Shown here: in pieces, positions 16,900 through 26,948 of the stretch
Layout: every line of letters starts with the position of its first letter
How positions within the stretch are numbered: the stretch's first letter is position 1
DNA from: a virus
Lineage: Duplodnaviria > Caudoviricetes
Strand: one strand, 5' to 3'
DNA: 52,713 nt
Virus record (IMG/VR): IMGVR_UViG_3300045971_000144
Location: 1-52,713 of that record
Notes under the pieces: model-generated
What the model was told of the DNA's origin: nothing
What the model saw: only the letters and a program-made list of their open reading frames with translations
The model's database searches: none
Made by a program: the position numbers and the translations under genes

Positions 16900-19800
16900 A
16901 TGTTCACCACTGAGTTATTTGAAGACCAAGCCAAAAATGTTAAGGTAATTTACCCCGGCAGGTTCCAGCCTTGGCATTCTGGCCACGCCGCTGTCTATAA
17001 CCACTTAGTCTCTAAATATGGGCTGAATAACGTATTCATCGTGACAAGCGACAAGCAGGACGGTGATAAATCCCCATTCTCTTTTGAAGAGAAGAAACGC
17101 ATGATGATGCTAACTGGCATTGATCCAAGCCACATCGTTATGTCTACACAGCCATACAGGGCAATGGAAGTAGTATCAACGTTTACCCCTGATACAGTAT
17201 TATTGTTTGCCGTTAGCGCAAAGGATATGGCAGAAGATCCTAGGTTCCAGTTTGCCCCAAAGAAAGATGGTTCGGCATCGTATTTTCAACCCTTTACCGA
17301 CATAAAGAAATGTGTCCCATTTGCTAAACATGCGTATATGGTCACAGTTCCAACATTTACTTTTACAGTGTTAGGTAAGCCAGCAAATAGCGCATCGCAA
17401 ATTCGTGCCCAGTTTGGTGCTGCTGACGATGAAACACAGAAGAAAATCGTAGCCGATTTATTTGGCAAATTTGACCACAGAATATATACTATCATGCGTT
17501 CCAAGTTAGTTCATAATCCTGCTCCAGTCACTGAAAGTAAAAATGCTAAATCGGAATTTACTGTTGCTGATTTTAAAATAGCACGGTTTGAATCATGGAC
17601 TGACTATACAAGATTCTTATCTGGACACAAGACATCTAAGCGAGATACCGTATGGAATTGGCCAACCGGAGTTGCGAAATTATTATCACCAAGTAAAAGT
17701 TGCTTACTGTCGGAATCCGCAGACACGAAGAACGATCGTTTATTAGCAAGGCAATTTTCTACTAGATTTAAGGCATTAGATCAAAGAGATTCTGTTATTA
17801 TTAAAAAAGGTAACTCAATAAGTGTTTTATCGTCAGTATTAGATCTAGACAAAAAGTCAATTGAATTACGCGGTTTTGTTAAATCGAAGAAAATTGTAGC
17901 TATCAACACAAATGCCGACGGATCTATAGATGTAATTGAATTTGACGACGGGTCTCAGTTTCCAGAACGTAACGAACTAACTTATGTGTTTAACCAAGAT
18001 ATTACTAACACAATATTTTTTGCTGATGAGTCGTCATCTAGTAGGGCGTATACTGAAATTTGGATGATGATGTCGTCAATGGAAGGTAGCGGATGGAATA
18101 TATCCAATCAATTGTCAGAATCGTCAATCAATGAAAGTTACACCTATTCAACTACTGACCCAGTAGCAAATGCTGATGAAGCGCAACGTATAGCAGATTT
18201 AAAAAGATTACGTGGCATGTTTAACGGCAACGAAAAACGTGCTCGCTACTTGGATAGCAAAGGATTGTTAAAAGCAACAAAAGCAGAAAAAGAATTCTTA
18301 TATAAAATGACAGATGCGTTAGGCAATCTCCGCCCGCGTATTGGAAATATGGAACAACCACAAACAGAGGCAGTAGTCAATGATGAATCTAAGATATTGG
18401 CTCACCTTGAAGAACAATTTGGCGAGATATACCCCCTTGGTACTACTATTAACGGAAAACGAATAAACTCGTTGACTGCTAACAAAAAATTATATTTGCA
18501 TTTGGCTGAAACAGAAGGTGGGCGCGGTATTGATTTTTATAATAGGCTTATTGCAGTTAAATTGCATTTGGCAAGCGGTATTCCTCTAACCGAGTCAGTT
18601 AAAGTCAACGAGGTAAATCCTTTATTTAGATTATTGGATACTTTTAACAACCCACACCAGGTGCAAGTTGGTGACAAATTATCAATCATTGAAGTATCGG
18701 CTTGGGTAAATGCCATCTACCTGGATGGATTTATTAAACAAAAAGAAGTAGTCGAAATTCATGCTGGAGCATTCGTTTTCAGTGACGGGTCATCGTGGCC
18801 CCAAAATACTTCGATAGTTCGTCAAACAAGCACAACAAAGCAATGCCTTTATTTTCATTCAAAATCTGATGCCGAGAAATGTCTAACTGCTATTTTAATG
18901 TTTGGAAATAAAATCGGTGACTGGGCAATACATAACGAGATAACAGAGGAAACTATGACAATCACAACTAACGAATCAGCAAACGACGCAGAATACTTTG
19001 ACAACTGGCACAAATGGGATCAAGCAGTGCGCCGCGCTGGTGGAACCACTGAACACTCAGGTGGCGGTAGATACAATGCTATTTGGATGGACGGAGAAAG
19101 TTTCGGTCTTTGGGATGAAAATACTGGTGAAGGCTACATTGACTATGAACAAGAGCAGCCATATTTAGGAAACAACGACTCGTTGGGTGAAGATACTCAA
19201 GTTGATGAAGCACGTGGTGACACTATTGAGGCACACGGCATACGTGGTATGAAACGTCAGCCGTGGAGACGCTCTTTTAAAGACTACGCAGCGATGGAAG
19301 CATGGTGCGAAAAGTATGATGCTGAAGTTTATGGCACTCGTGACACAGATGCTGCTAAACAAGGTAAGTTGGCCCCTGCTATGGGCAGTGATGAACAAGT
19401 AAACGAACTTAGCACAGGCACATTGAACAGGTATGTTGGCAAAGCAAAAAATGCTGTGCCAGCAAACTTACACCAAGCAAGCAACAGGATACATGGCATT
19501 ATGAAAGCAAAAGAAAAAGAGCATGGACGCAAAGTGGATAGCGACTTAGCACGGAAGGGCGACCCGCGCATGCAAGCTGAAGGTTACTGGCAAGACTCAG
19601 TAAAAGCAGTAGAGAAAAAGCGTGAAGCAGAAAAAGGCAAAACGTTTGAAAAGAACCCAGCAAGCCACGACAGAAACGGTGTATACAAAGGCGACAAAGA
19701 TTTGGCAGGTAATCCAGTTCCTAAGAAAGTTGATGAGGCTGGCAAAAAAGGCACGTCTGCTCATGCTAAGGAAGTTGCAGCTAAAAGTAAGAAGTATTAT

Positions 19801-20697
19801 GACGACCAAGCATTGAAAAACGAAAAAGCCGGTGAAACTTATAACTATGGTAACGCTAAAGTTACTAAGCTAACAGTTCCAGAAAGTAAACTTGGTGGTG
19901 TGCCATGGGGACCTATTGCTAACGAAGGTAGATTTGTCAAAGGCCCAGGTGGTGTGCCATTGGATCGCCAAGGCAATCCTATCCCGCCTAAAGTTAAAGA
20001 GCCACGTGCGCCAGCTGGTCCACGTCGTGACAGCAACGGCTTGACTAAAGAAGATTACAGCAAAGTATGGCGCAAGATTGAAGATGTAGTAAGCAACATT
20101 TTCCCAGACGGTGATCCTATTGACTGGCTTGCTCCTTGGTTAAACAGGTCAGGCATTAGAGACCATCATGTAGGTGAAGTGTTAGACAAAGCATCTAGGA
20201 TGAATGGATATAAAGACATCTATGCTTACTATGACTCGTTCAAGTCAGAAGATTACGGGTATAATCAAGGTGTGAAAGAAGGTGTTGTTGATTCCGTCAG
20301 AGCAATGAACTATAATCGGTTAGCAAAACGATCAGGTAACAAAGTAGATAATGCATTCGATAAAATGCACGATTACGATTTTACAGATCCAGATAGATTC
20401 CCACATGAAAAGGAATTTGCTGATCAGATGGATAAAAAAACACAACGACTCAATAAAGCCAAGCAGTTGGGCGCGGCAGATAAAGAGCAAGGTGTGAAAG
20501 AAGAGCAAGTCAATGAACTTAGCATTGATACATTAGAAAAATATGCTACCGCAGCTAACAGGAATCGCTCAGCAGTATCAGCTACACACATGGCACAGCA
20601 TAAATGGGACCCAAAAGTAGTTGACAAGATGGATCGCAGAGCTGATCATAGTATGAACGCATTGCACAAAGCAGATAACAAGAGAGCAGCAAAATAA
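16900..20697 (+). CDS. large mosaic protein: N-terminal HxGH cytidylyltransferase-like domain plus many short modules
   Basis: YPGRFQPWHSGH, PFSFEEK and SASQIR motifs; remainder punctuated by [ILV]-x-E-[SGA] linkers. Confidence 0.8.
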   Translation: MFTTELFEDQAKNVKVIYPGRFQPWHSGHAAVYNHLVSKYGLNNVFIVTSDKQDGDKSPFSFEEKKRMMMLTGIDPSHIVMSTQPYRAMEVVSTFTPDTVLLFAVSAKDMAEDPRFQFAPKKDGSASYFQPFTDIKKCVPFAKHAYMVTVPTFTFTVLGKPANSASQIRAQFGAADDETQKKIVADLFGKFDHRIYTIMRSKLVHNPAPVTESKNAKSEFTVADFKIARFESWTDYTRFLSGHKTSKRDTVWNWPTGVAKLLSPSKSCLLSESADTKNDRLLARQFSTRFKALDQRDSVIIKKGNSISVLSSVLDLDKKSIELRGFVKSKKIVAINTNADGSIDVIEFDDGSQFPERNELTYVFNQDITNTIFFADESSSSRAYTEIWMMMSSMEGSGWNISNQLSESSINESYTYSTTDPVANADEAQRIADLKRLRGMFNGNEKRARYLDSKGLLKATKAEKEFLYKMTDALGNLRPRIGNMEQPQTEAVVNDESKILAHLEEQFGEIYPLGTTINGKRINSLTANKKLYLHLAETEGGRGIDFYNRLIAVKLHLASGIPLTESVKVNEVNPLFRLLDTFNNPHQVQVGDKLSIIEVSAWVNAIYLDGFIKQKEVVEIHAGAFVFSDGSSWPQNTSIVRQTSTTKQCLYFHSKSDAEKCLTAILMFGNKIGDWAIHNEITEETMTITTNESANDAEYFDNWHKWDQAVRRAGGTTEHSGGGRYNAIWMDGESFGLWDENTGEGYIDYEQEQPYLGNNDSLGEDTQVDEARGDTIEAHGIRGMKRQPWRRSFKDYAAMEAWCEKYDAEVYGTRDTDAAKQGKLAPAMGSDEQVNELSTGTLNRYVGKAKNAVPANLHQASNRIHGIMKAKEKEHGRKVDSDLARKGDPRMQAEGYWQDSVKAVEKKREAEKGKTFEKNPASHDRNGVYKGDKDLAGNPVPKKVDEAGKKGTSAHAKEVAAKSKKYYDDQALKNEKAGETYNYGNAKVTKLTVPESKLGGVPWGPIANEGRFVKGPGGVPLDRQGNPIPPKVKEPRAPAGPRRDSNGLTKEDYSKVWRKIEDVVSNIFPDGDPIDWLAPWLNRSGIRDHHVGEVLDKASRMNGYKDIYAYYDSFKSEDYGYNQGVKEGVVDSVRAMNYNRLAKRSGNKVDNAFDKMHDYDFTDPDRFPHEKEFADQMDKKTQRLNKAKQLGAADKEQGVKEEQVNELSIDTLEKYATAANRNRSAVSATHMAQHKWDPKVVDKMDRRADHSMNALHKADNKRAAK
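20266..20503 (+). repeat. 16-nt direct repeat CAAGGTGTGAAAGAAG (QGVKE) with 222-nt spacing
   Basis: Identical copies at 20266-20281 and 20488-20503. Confidence 0.8.
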
Positions 20698-20698
20698 T

Positions 20699-20965
20699 AT
20701 GAATACTAAAGTAGTAAAAATAGTAGCTAGTGTTTACGCTACACAAAAATCTGGTGAAAACTATCGTGTGTATGTAAACGACACACTAATGACGGAACGC
20801 ACCTTTGTTTGGCCAAAAGATAAAAACTACATTGACGAGAACATAGTCATCGATGTTCCCCCAGGTAAATATTCCGTGTATGTGACCCCAGTAAGTGAGT
20901 TTGAAATACGAAAAATAGTAGTAGACGGTGTTGAACATAATAACGATACTATAGTAATAAAATAA
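20699..20965 (+). CDS. hypothetical protein
   Basis: 88 aa beta-rich ORF (YRVYVND.LMTER). Confidence 0.65.
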   Translation: MNTKVVKIVASVYATQKSGENYRVYVNDTLMTERTFVWPKDKNYIDENIVIDVPPGKYSVYVTPVSEFEIRKIVVDGVEHNNDTIVIK

Positions 20966-20996
20966 GCTAAATATACACAATACCTGGAATATTGCC

Positions 20997-21905
20997 ATGA
21001 AACCAACAGAATTTATCAAAGAAGCCGCACCGCCAGCTATTGGCACCAAGTTTCCTGACTCAAAAGCAGGTGTTCTTGCGTTGTTAAACAGCCCTAAACA
21101 AATACAACAATCATTTGTCAAAACTCTCAACTTACCAAAATGTGTAATATTTCCAGACCCAAGTGTTGAAGGTGTATGGGCAGTTGATAGCCCAAGCACT
21201 GGAATACGTTTAGTTATTTACCTTGGCGGATATAGAGACCCAATGGGCAATATCCGTCCGTTTAACGACTTTGAAGAAGGTAGCATTCCAAAATCAGCAA
21301 TGGCTCGTTACAAGAGGAACGACCAAGCGGCAGACGATATGGATGATTATCGCAATGAAAGTTTAGGTGAAGGTAGTAATTATATGGATGCGGCATCTGG
21401 GTATTATGTTAAGAGCAAAGTAACTGGTAAATATGTTGGTGGTCCATATTACGCAAAAAGTGAAATACCTGAATATTTCCAACATGAAAAATATGAAATA
21501 TCTTATACTCCATTCAGTGATGAAAAAGTGGAGGAAGGGGTAACTGAAGGACAAAAAGAAGAGCGCGATAGCTTTGTAAATAAAAGTGGCAAGGTTACAG
21601 AAGACGCATCAGGTGGCGCAAGCTGCGCTGGCGCAATAGCAGCAGGCCCAGCAGGCAACTTATTCTCAAGCACAGTAAAACGTTCAGCACCAAAGAAGAA
21701 GAAAAGCGCCGTGGGTGAAGGCATTGACTTAGTTAAAGAAATGTGGGGTGCGAGTGATCACGCTCCAGACCAGATGAGCAAGCGTGAAGAAGCAAAATAC
21801 TTGGCTAGAATGAAAGCTGGGCAAAAAGCTCGTGATGCTAAACGTAAAGCTGACACACAAACTGCTAATAGAGCTGCTAAGTCAAGCACACCACAATCAA
21901 AGTAA
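20997..21905 (+). CDS. hypothetical mosaic protein, probable head-internal
   Basis: MKPTEFIKEA N-terminus; LGEG, VEEG, VTEG and VTED linkers; late promoter at 20967-20973. Confidence 0.7.
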   Translation: MKPTEFIKEAAPPAIGTKFPDSKAGVLALLNSPKQIQQSFVKTLNLPKCVIFPDPSVEGVWAVDSPSTGIRLVIYLGGYRDPMGNIRPFNDFEEGSIPKSAMARYKRNDQAADDMDDYRNESLGEGSNYMDAASGYYVKSKVTGKYVGGPYYAKSEIPEYFQHEKYEISYTPFSDEKVEEGVTEGQKEERDSFVNKSGKVTEDASGGASCAGAIAAGPAGNLFSSTVKRSAPKKKKSAVGEGIDLVKEMWGASDHAPDQMSKREEAKYLARMKAGQKARDAKRKADTQTANRAAKSSTPQSK

Positions 21906-21911
21906 AACAAT

Positions 21912-23915
21912 ATGTCACAAATACGCAAACTCATAGAAAGCTTAGACAGCATCATTGACGGTAAAGAGTCAAATGCTGACTTGCCGCAAGTTAAAAAACC
22001 TAAAACTAAAAACAAGTTCTTGGGTAAGCCTTTCAAGCCTAAAGAAGGTGGCATTGTAGAAGCGTTGACTGCGCAATATGAAGACTTTGTTAAAAATAAA
22101 GCAGTGCCAGACAGCAAAGAAAAGTTGACAATGTCGCAACGTGACGATGGCGCTTGGCAAGTTAAAAACGAGAAGGGTGATGTAGTTAGCAAAGGCACTA
22201 AAGCAGATTGTAACGACTATATCTCCAAGAAAAACTCTGCGTTAAACGATGCTAAGTTAGATGAAGGGTCTACTTCCAAGGAAAAGCAAAAGCGTCCATA
22301 CAAGACTATGGCACAGCATAAGGAAGCAGGCAAAGCATACGGCGCAAAGGTAGATGCTGACAAAAAAGCAAAAGAAGCAGAGAAGATTGGTAGAAAGAAA
22401 ACTAACGAAGCTGATGAAGTGCCGGGTTATGGTAAATGGTTTAACGCTGAACAAAAAAAGAAAGATACTAAAGCAGCAAATCGTAAAAATACAAAAGACG
22501 CACAAAAATCTAAGATTGAGTTAAACAAAAAATCGCCAATGAAAGAATCCGCTGACGGCAAGTGGATTGTATACCGCAGTGCTGACGATTTTAAAACCTT
22601 TCCAACTTACAGAGCCGCAACTGCGTTTCACAATAAGTTTGGTGAGCGTGGCTATAAGGTAGCAAGTGCAGCATGGTTTTACGACAAGATGAAACCACAG
22701 GGCGCAGTTACTGAAAGCCCAATAGCAAAACCAGACAACGCACATTGGGCTGGCGCAGTGGCAAGGGCTAAGGGCGCAAAGGATGCTAGCTCGTTATGGA
22801 ACACACATCAAAATGTTCGCAACCGTCACATGGCACAACTTGCTCGTGATGCTGGGCATACTCCAACGCCAGACATGACTAAACATGAACCAGTTGGCGA
22901 AGCTTTTGGTGAAACCAGTGGGCCAGATACAGACAGTATTTTAGAATATTTAACAAGCGCATATCGCATGCTGGCAGGCTCAGGTTTGTTTAGCAGTGAT
23001 GGAGAAAGCGAGTTAAAAGCAATATATGAAATGTTGCGCTCACCTTTGATGGAAGGTGATTTTAGCAAGTTTGACGAAATGTATGACTACATGAGCGGCA
23101 GATATCCAGACATATTTGACGAGTTAGTTGGACAAATGTATTTAGAGGCAGGATTAGGCGATCACGGCACATACGAACAGTTTATGGCTAAGGTAGGTGG
23201 CGGTGCTGGATTAGGGGAAGGCATTGGCGATACAATCAAGCGCGGCGTAAAGAACATTAAGCGTGGTATGCAAGGTTGGGGACAGCTTAACGACGTTCCA
23301 GATGATGATCCAAGATTGTTACCTGGCGCAAAAGACACTCCACACCAAATGGTAGCACGAAATAAAGGATATGACGACGAAACAGTAAGGCGTCTAGCTC
23401 GTCCTACTAAATCAAGTTTCCCGTTTGGCGGAGATGATACCACAAGCCCGCACAGTCCACGTGGGTTGCAGAAGCGTGTTCTCGATCGTGAAATGAAAAA
23501 ACGTGGGTTGGGTGAAGAAGTTGTGCCTACAAAAACAGGCAAGCTCGCTAAAATGCGTAGTATGTTAGACAAGTTATCCGCAACATTGGCAAAAACAAAA
23601 CAGTCGCTGGGTGGTAAGCAAGGTGTAGTTGATGAAGAAATGCCAGTTGCTCCAACAGGTGTTAAAACTGCAATGCCACCACAACCCGCTCAACCAGCGC
23701 AGCCAGCACAAAATGCTCAACCGGCACCAGCGCCAGGTGCAGCGCCAGCAAATGCTCCAGCAGCACCTGCCCCAGGCACACCAGTGCCACCGCAAGGCAG
23801 CGCAACTAACGCGGCTACTACTCCAGGTGAGCAAGTGAAGGCGCTAGTCCAAACTTTAGCAACTAACCCAGCCGCAGCCAAGCAGTTAGGAACAAAACTC
23901 AACACCATAAGGTAA
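21912..23915 (+). CDS. hypothetical mosaic low-complexity protein, probable head-internal
   Basis: 667 aa; repeated LDEG, MKES, VTES, VGEA, LGEG and VDEE linkers; Pro/Ala/Gln-rich tail. Confidence 0.75.
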   Translation: MSQIRKLIESLDSIIDGKESNADLPQVKKPKTKNKFLGKPFKPKEGGIVEALTAQYEDFVKNKAVPDSKEKLTMSQRDDGAWQVKNEKGDVVSKGTKADCNDYISKKNSALNDAKLDEGSTSKEKQKRPYKTMAQHKEAGKAYGAKVDADKKAKEAEKIGRKKTNEADEVPGYGKWFNAEQKKKDTKAANRKNTKDAQKSKIELNKKSPMKESADGKWIVYRSADDFKTFPTYRAATAFHNKFGERGYKVASAAWFYDKMKPQGAVTESPIAKPDNAHWAGAVARAKGAKDASSLWNTHQNVRNRHMAQLARDAGHTPTPDMTKHEPVGEAFGETSGPDTDSILEYLTSAYRMLAGSGLFSSDGESELKAIYEMLRSPLMEGDFSKFDEMYDYMSGRYPDIFDELVGQMYLEAGLGDHGTYEQFMAKVGGGAGLGEGIGDTIKRGVKNIKRGMQGWGQLNDVPDDDPRLLPGAKDTPHQMVARNKGYDDETVRRLARPTKSSFPFGGDDTTSPHSPRGLQKRVLDREMKKRGLGEEVVPTKTGKLAKMRSMLDKLSATLAKTKQSLGGKQGVVDEEMPVAPTGVKTAMPPQPAQPAQPAQNAQPAPAPGAAPANAPAAPAPGTPVPPQGSATNAATTPGEQVKALVQTLATNPAAAKQLGTKLNTIR

Positions 23916-23918
23916 TAT

Positions 23919-24965
23919 ATGTTCCTAACTGAAATGTTTAACGAAACTTCTTTAAAACCACAACAAATTGTTAAAGAATTTGTCTGGACGGATTATGAAG
24001 ACATGCCAATGGCAGCTCGAATATCATTGGCTGAAACATGGATTAGTAGCAAAACTACATTGCTTGAATCAAATGATCCAAATGCCAATGAGTATTTCAT
24101 AAATATGCCATCAGACACCCCAGTGGTTGGCAAAAAATATATAGTAACATTACTAGCATTAGTAAATGATAAAATAGTTGACCTGTCGTCACCAAAAGTA
24201 GGATTGCTTATTGACAAAATGTCAGATTCGTATGTTGTAGAATTCAATGATACCACAACAAAGTTCCCATTTGATTCAATCAAAGATAAAACAACAGTCA
24301 AAACATTCTTTTTCAAGAACCAAGATTCTTACACTAATTTTAGGTCAACATTAAAAATTAAATTTGGAACGGAACTGTCAAATGTATCCATTCCATCTAT
24401 CAACGAAGCAACTCATGTATCTGCCAAAGAGCGTATACTGAATCCTGGCATCAATGTAGGCGATATGGTTTATGTCAAAGCCCCTGGGTATGACTACATG
24501 CTACGCACAGCAAAGTTATTGCGCATTGGTCCATCAGGGTTAGCTACTATTGAACTCACTGCGCCGCTTGAGTCTAATGCAAAAGTTCCAGACTATTTCA
24601 AAGGTGCTACCACATTAGCAGTGCCCCCGAGCTGGTTACATGCTGACGAAAAATCGGCATGGCCAGTGCCCGAGTGGATGAAGAAGAAACAACAGCAAGC
24701 TGAAAGCGTAGTAGACGAAGCAAAAGGCTTGAAGAAGCGTGTAAGGATTGTTACGGGATCAGAAAAAGGTAGGACTGGGACCATTGGTGAAGTGCGCCAT
24801 GGGTTATACAAAGGTGCCCCAAAGATGTTTACCATTGATATGGACGGTGGCGGCAATATCATGCTACCAGGATCTGCGTTACGTTTGATTAAAAGTGAAC
24901 CAGAATCTGGTGCTATGTCTACTGACAGCTTCAACATGCAAAGTTTAATATCGCAAGGAAGATAA
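23919..24965 (+). CDS. hypothetical mosaic protein with SH3/KOW-like modules
   Basis: MFLTEMFNE N-terminus; INVGDMVYVK and KRVRIVTGSEKGRTGTIGEV are KOW-like. Confidence 0.7.
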   Translation: MFLTEMFNETSLKPQQIVKEFVWTDYEDMPMAARISLAETWISSKTTLLESNDPNANEYFINMPSDTPVVGKKYIVTLLALVNDKIVDLSSPKVGLLIDKMSDSYVVEFNDTTTKFPFDSIKDKTTVKTFFFKNQDSYTNFRSTLKIKFGTELSNVSIPSINEATHVSAKERILNPGINVGDMVYVKAPGYDYMLRTAKLLRIGPSGLATIELTAPLESNAKVPDYFKGATTLAVPPSWLHADEKSAWPVPEWMKKKQQQAESVVDEAKGLKKRVRIVTGSEKGRTGTIGEVRHGLYKGAPKMFTIDMDGGGNIMLPGSALRLIKSEPESGAMSTDSFNMQSLISQGR

Positions 24966-24969
24966 AAAG

Positions 24970-25064
24970 AACACACTACCTTAGGAACCTTTATGGTTAC
25001 TCTCGTGTGCGCCGGCTGCTGGCGCGGGACGGCTGGCCGGGAATCCAGAATCCTGAAAGTGAGC
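24970..25064 (+). ncRNA. candidate structured non-coding RNA
   Basis: GC-rich intergenic island with several predicted stems; family not recognised. Confidence 0.4.
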
Positions 25065-25075
25065 AATAATTTATA

Positions 25076-25820
25076 ATGAATATTCAAGAGTTGTGGACTA
25101 AAAAAATTCAACCCAGTGTAATGGTGCTTAATGGAACCATTACACCACCATGCACGCTACAATGGGCGGGAACTGACACTGAAGAATGTTTTGACAAACA
25201 TGCTTGGAATGAAAAAGTAGGCAATTATGATAAAAATTCAATCACATACTGTATAAACGAGCTAGGGGTATCGGTCTGATTCGTTTGATGTTGACAATAA
25301 TGGCAAAATAAAAATTTTAACATGCGGCTGCTCTTTTACTTTTGGTATTGGCCTGCAATTGCACGAAATATGGCCAGTTAAATTTGCAAATAAGATAGAT
25401 AACGCAATGTTATATAATTTGTCAATGGGAGCCGGAAGTCCTGATTATGTAGCTCGTACTATTTTTAATGCCATCGAAGTTATTAAGCCTAGCATTGTGG
25501 CTATATTATGGCCACCAAAATCAAGAGCCGAAATAATCAAGGGAACTGATATTTCCGTTATGGGTGCATGGATGCAAAATTATCCCCGTGTATTATCTGA
25601 TGATAATTACCAGCAGTATCTATTAATAAAAAATATTGAAATTGTTAACTTATTATGTGCGGCACATGGGTCAATATTAGTATCGAACCTGGTTGAAGAT
25701 ATTTATAATAATAATTATGTTAAAGATCACGCACGAGACTCTCAACATTTTGGCCCTCTCACACATACCATTATTTCTAACATGATGTTTGATCAATATA
25801 CTCAAAAAATTAAGTTATGA
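25076..25820 (+). pseudogene. SGNH/GDSL hydrolase-like gene with +1 frameshift at GGGG (25265-25268)
   Basis: Removing one G joins YCINELG to YRSDSF..ILTCGCSFTFGIG..YNLSMGAGS..DSQHFGP, giving 247 aa. Confidence 0.7.
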
Positions 25821-25866
25821 CACCCACTATGCTGTAAAATGTATTAGTAATTTACACCCAGCAATC

Positions 25867-26769
25867 ATGCATTATCCCATAACTACAAACCTTCTGCAAC
25901 ACCCATTTACTATAATTGTCTATCCGGTCGGATCGGGAGGGGCGTTCATGACAACACTAATTTCGTTTGTGCAGGCAAACATAACAGAATTAATTCATAT
26001 ATCTGATGTCGGCGACGCCCATTTAATTCTTGAAAGTTTAATAGACAACGGCAAATTTGGATTCAAGGAGACCTCGCGGTATCCGTTTTTTAACCCATCA
26101 CAACTAGAAAACATACCAACGTCAGCTGCTGAATTTATTGATAGTATGAAATCGCAGATTCCGCAAGACAAAGTAGATCATGAGTTAACCTTAATTTTGG
26201 TATCACATTATTTAGAAAATATACCTGTTTATGAGTCTGTGTTCTCTAACTCATCGATTTTTGCGATAACATGCAATACAGTTGAGGAAAATCTTATTTC
26301 GCAAATTAATGTGTACGTTAAACATAGATTTAAATATAGCGATATTCAACGTATATGGTGGCTCACTGATCGTGCATTATTAGAAATACGCCAATTAGTA
26401 GAGTGTTATTTTTCTAAAGAAAGCAGCAATAAGATAGTTCAACACATAATTGACAACAAGATTAATAAAAGTTGTATGAATAGTTTAATATGGATGAAAT
26501 TCAAAGATAAACCACTCGCAGCAATACATAACTCTACAAGTAACGCAGTATCAATTCCATACTCATATATTTTATCAAACAATATAGCGGGCGTCGCCAA
26601 TGCCATAGAAAAATTAATTAATAATAAACTAACTAAAACACAATATAAAATAATTTCAGACAATATGAATAATTACTATATGCATGCAAATCATGTCATG
26701 AATGCCAATGTGTATGAGTATATCGATTCCTTAGAGGTAGACTTTAAGTCCCTGTCGAAAATTGCATAG
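25867..26769 (+). CDS. hypothetical protein with Gly-rich N-terminal loop (sulfotransferase-like)
   Basis: IIVYPVGSGGAFM, GDAH, LVSH; AT-rich; start uncertain (TTG 25789 is the alternative). Confidence 0.55.
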   Translation: MHYPITTNLLQHPFTIIVYPVGSGGAFMTTLISFVQANITELIHISDVGDAHLILESLIDNGKFGFKETSRYPFFNPSQLENIPTSAAEFIDSMKSQIPQDKVDHELTLILVSHYLENIPVYESVFSNSSIFAITCNTVEENLISQINVYVKHRFKYSDIQRIWWLTDRALLEIRQLVECYFSKESSNKIVQHIIDNKINKSCMNSLIWMKFKDKPLAAIHNSTSNAVSIPYSYILSNNIAGVANAIEKLINNKLTKTQYKIISDNMNNYYMHANHVMNANVYEYIDSLEVDFKSLSKIA

Positions 26770-26919
26770 TATGCCTAAAATTATTATGTTCAGTGGTGGT
26801 CAACGCGGTGATAGTTCATTGCGAGCAAAGCCACGTTACTAGAAATAAACCCAACCAACGCAGGCCCAGTGTCACTGCGTTATGGAAAATTATTTTGGCA
26901 TACATAAAATTCTAAGGTG

Positions 26920-26948
26920 TTGCGTTTCTAAGATAACTAATATATAAT
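26920..26948 (+). promoter_or_regulatory. sigma70-type promoter
   Basis: TTGCGT-17 nt-TATAAT. Confidence 0.6.

Noticed and set aside
19894-19960. 13-nt repeat GGTGGTGTGCCAT
   Set aside because: A short local coding duplication (GGVP) with no further copies; insufficient evidence of function.
23640-23830. CCAGCA-rich repeats as a DNA repeat element
   Set aside because: Explained by Pro/Ala/Gln low-complexity coding sequence.
26771-26842. Functional small gene MPKIIMFSGGQRGD...
   Set aside because: Only 23 codons; more likely a decayed remnant of a Gly-loop family gene.
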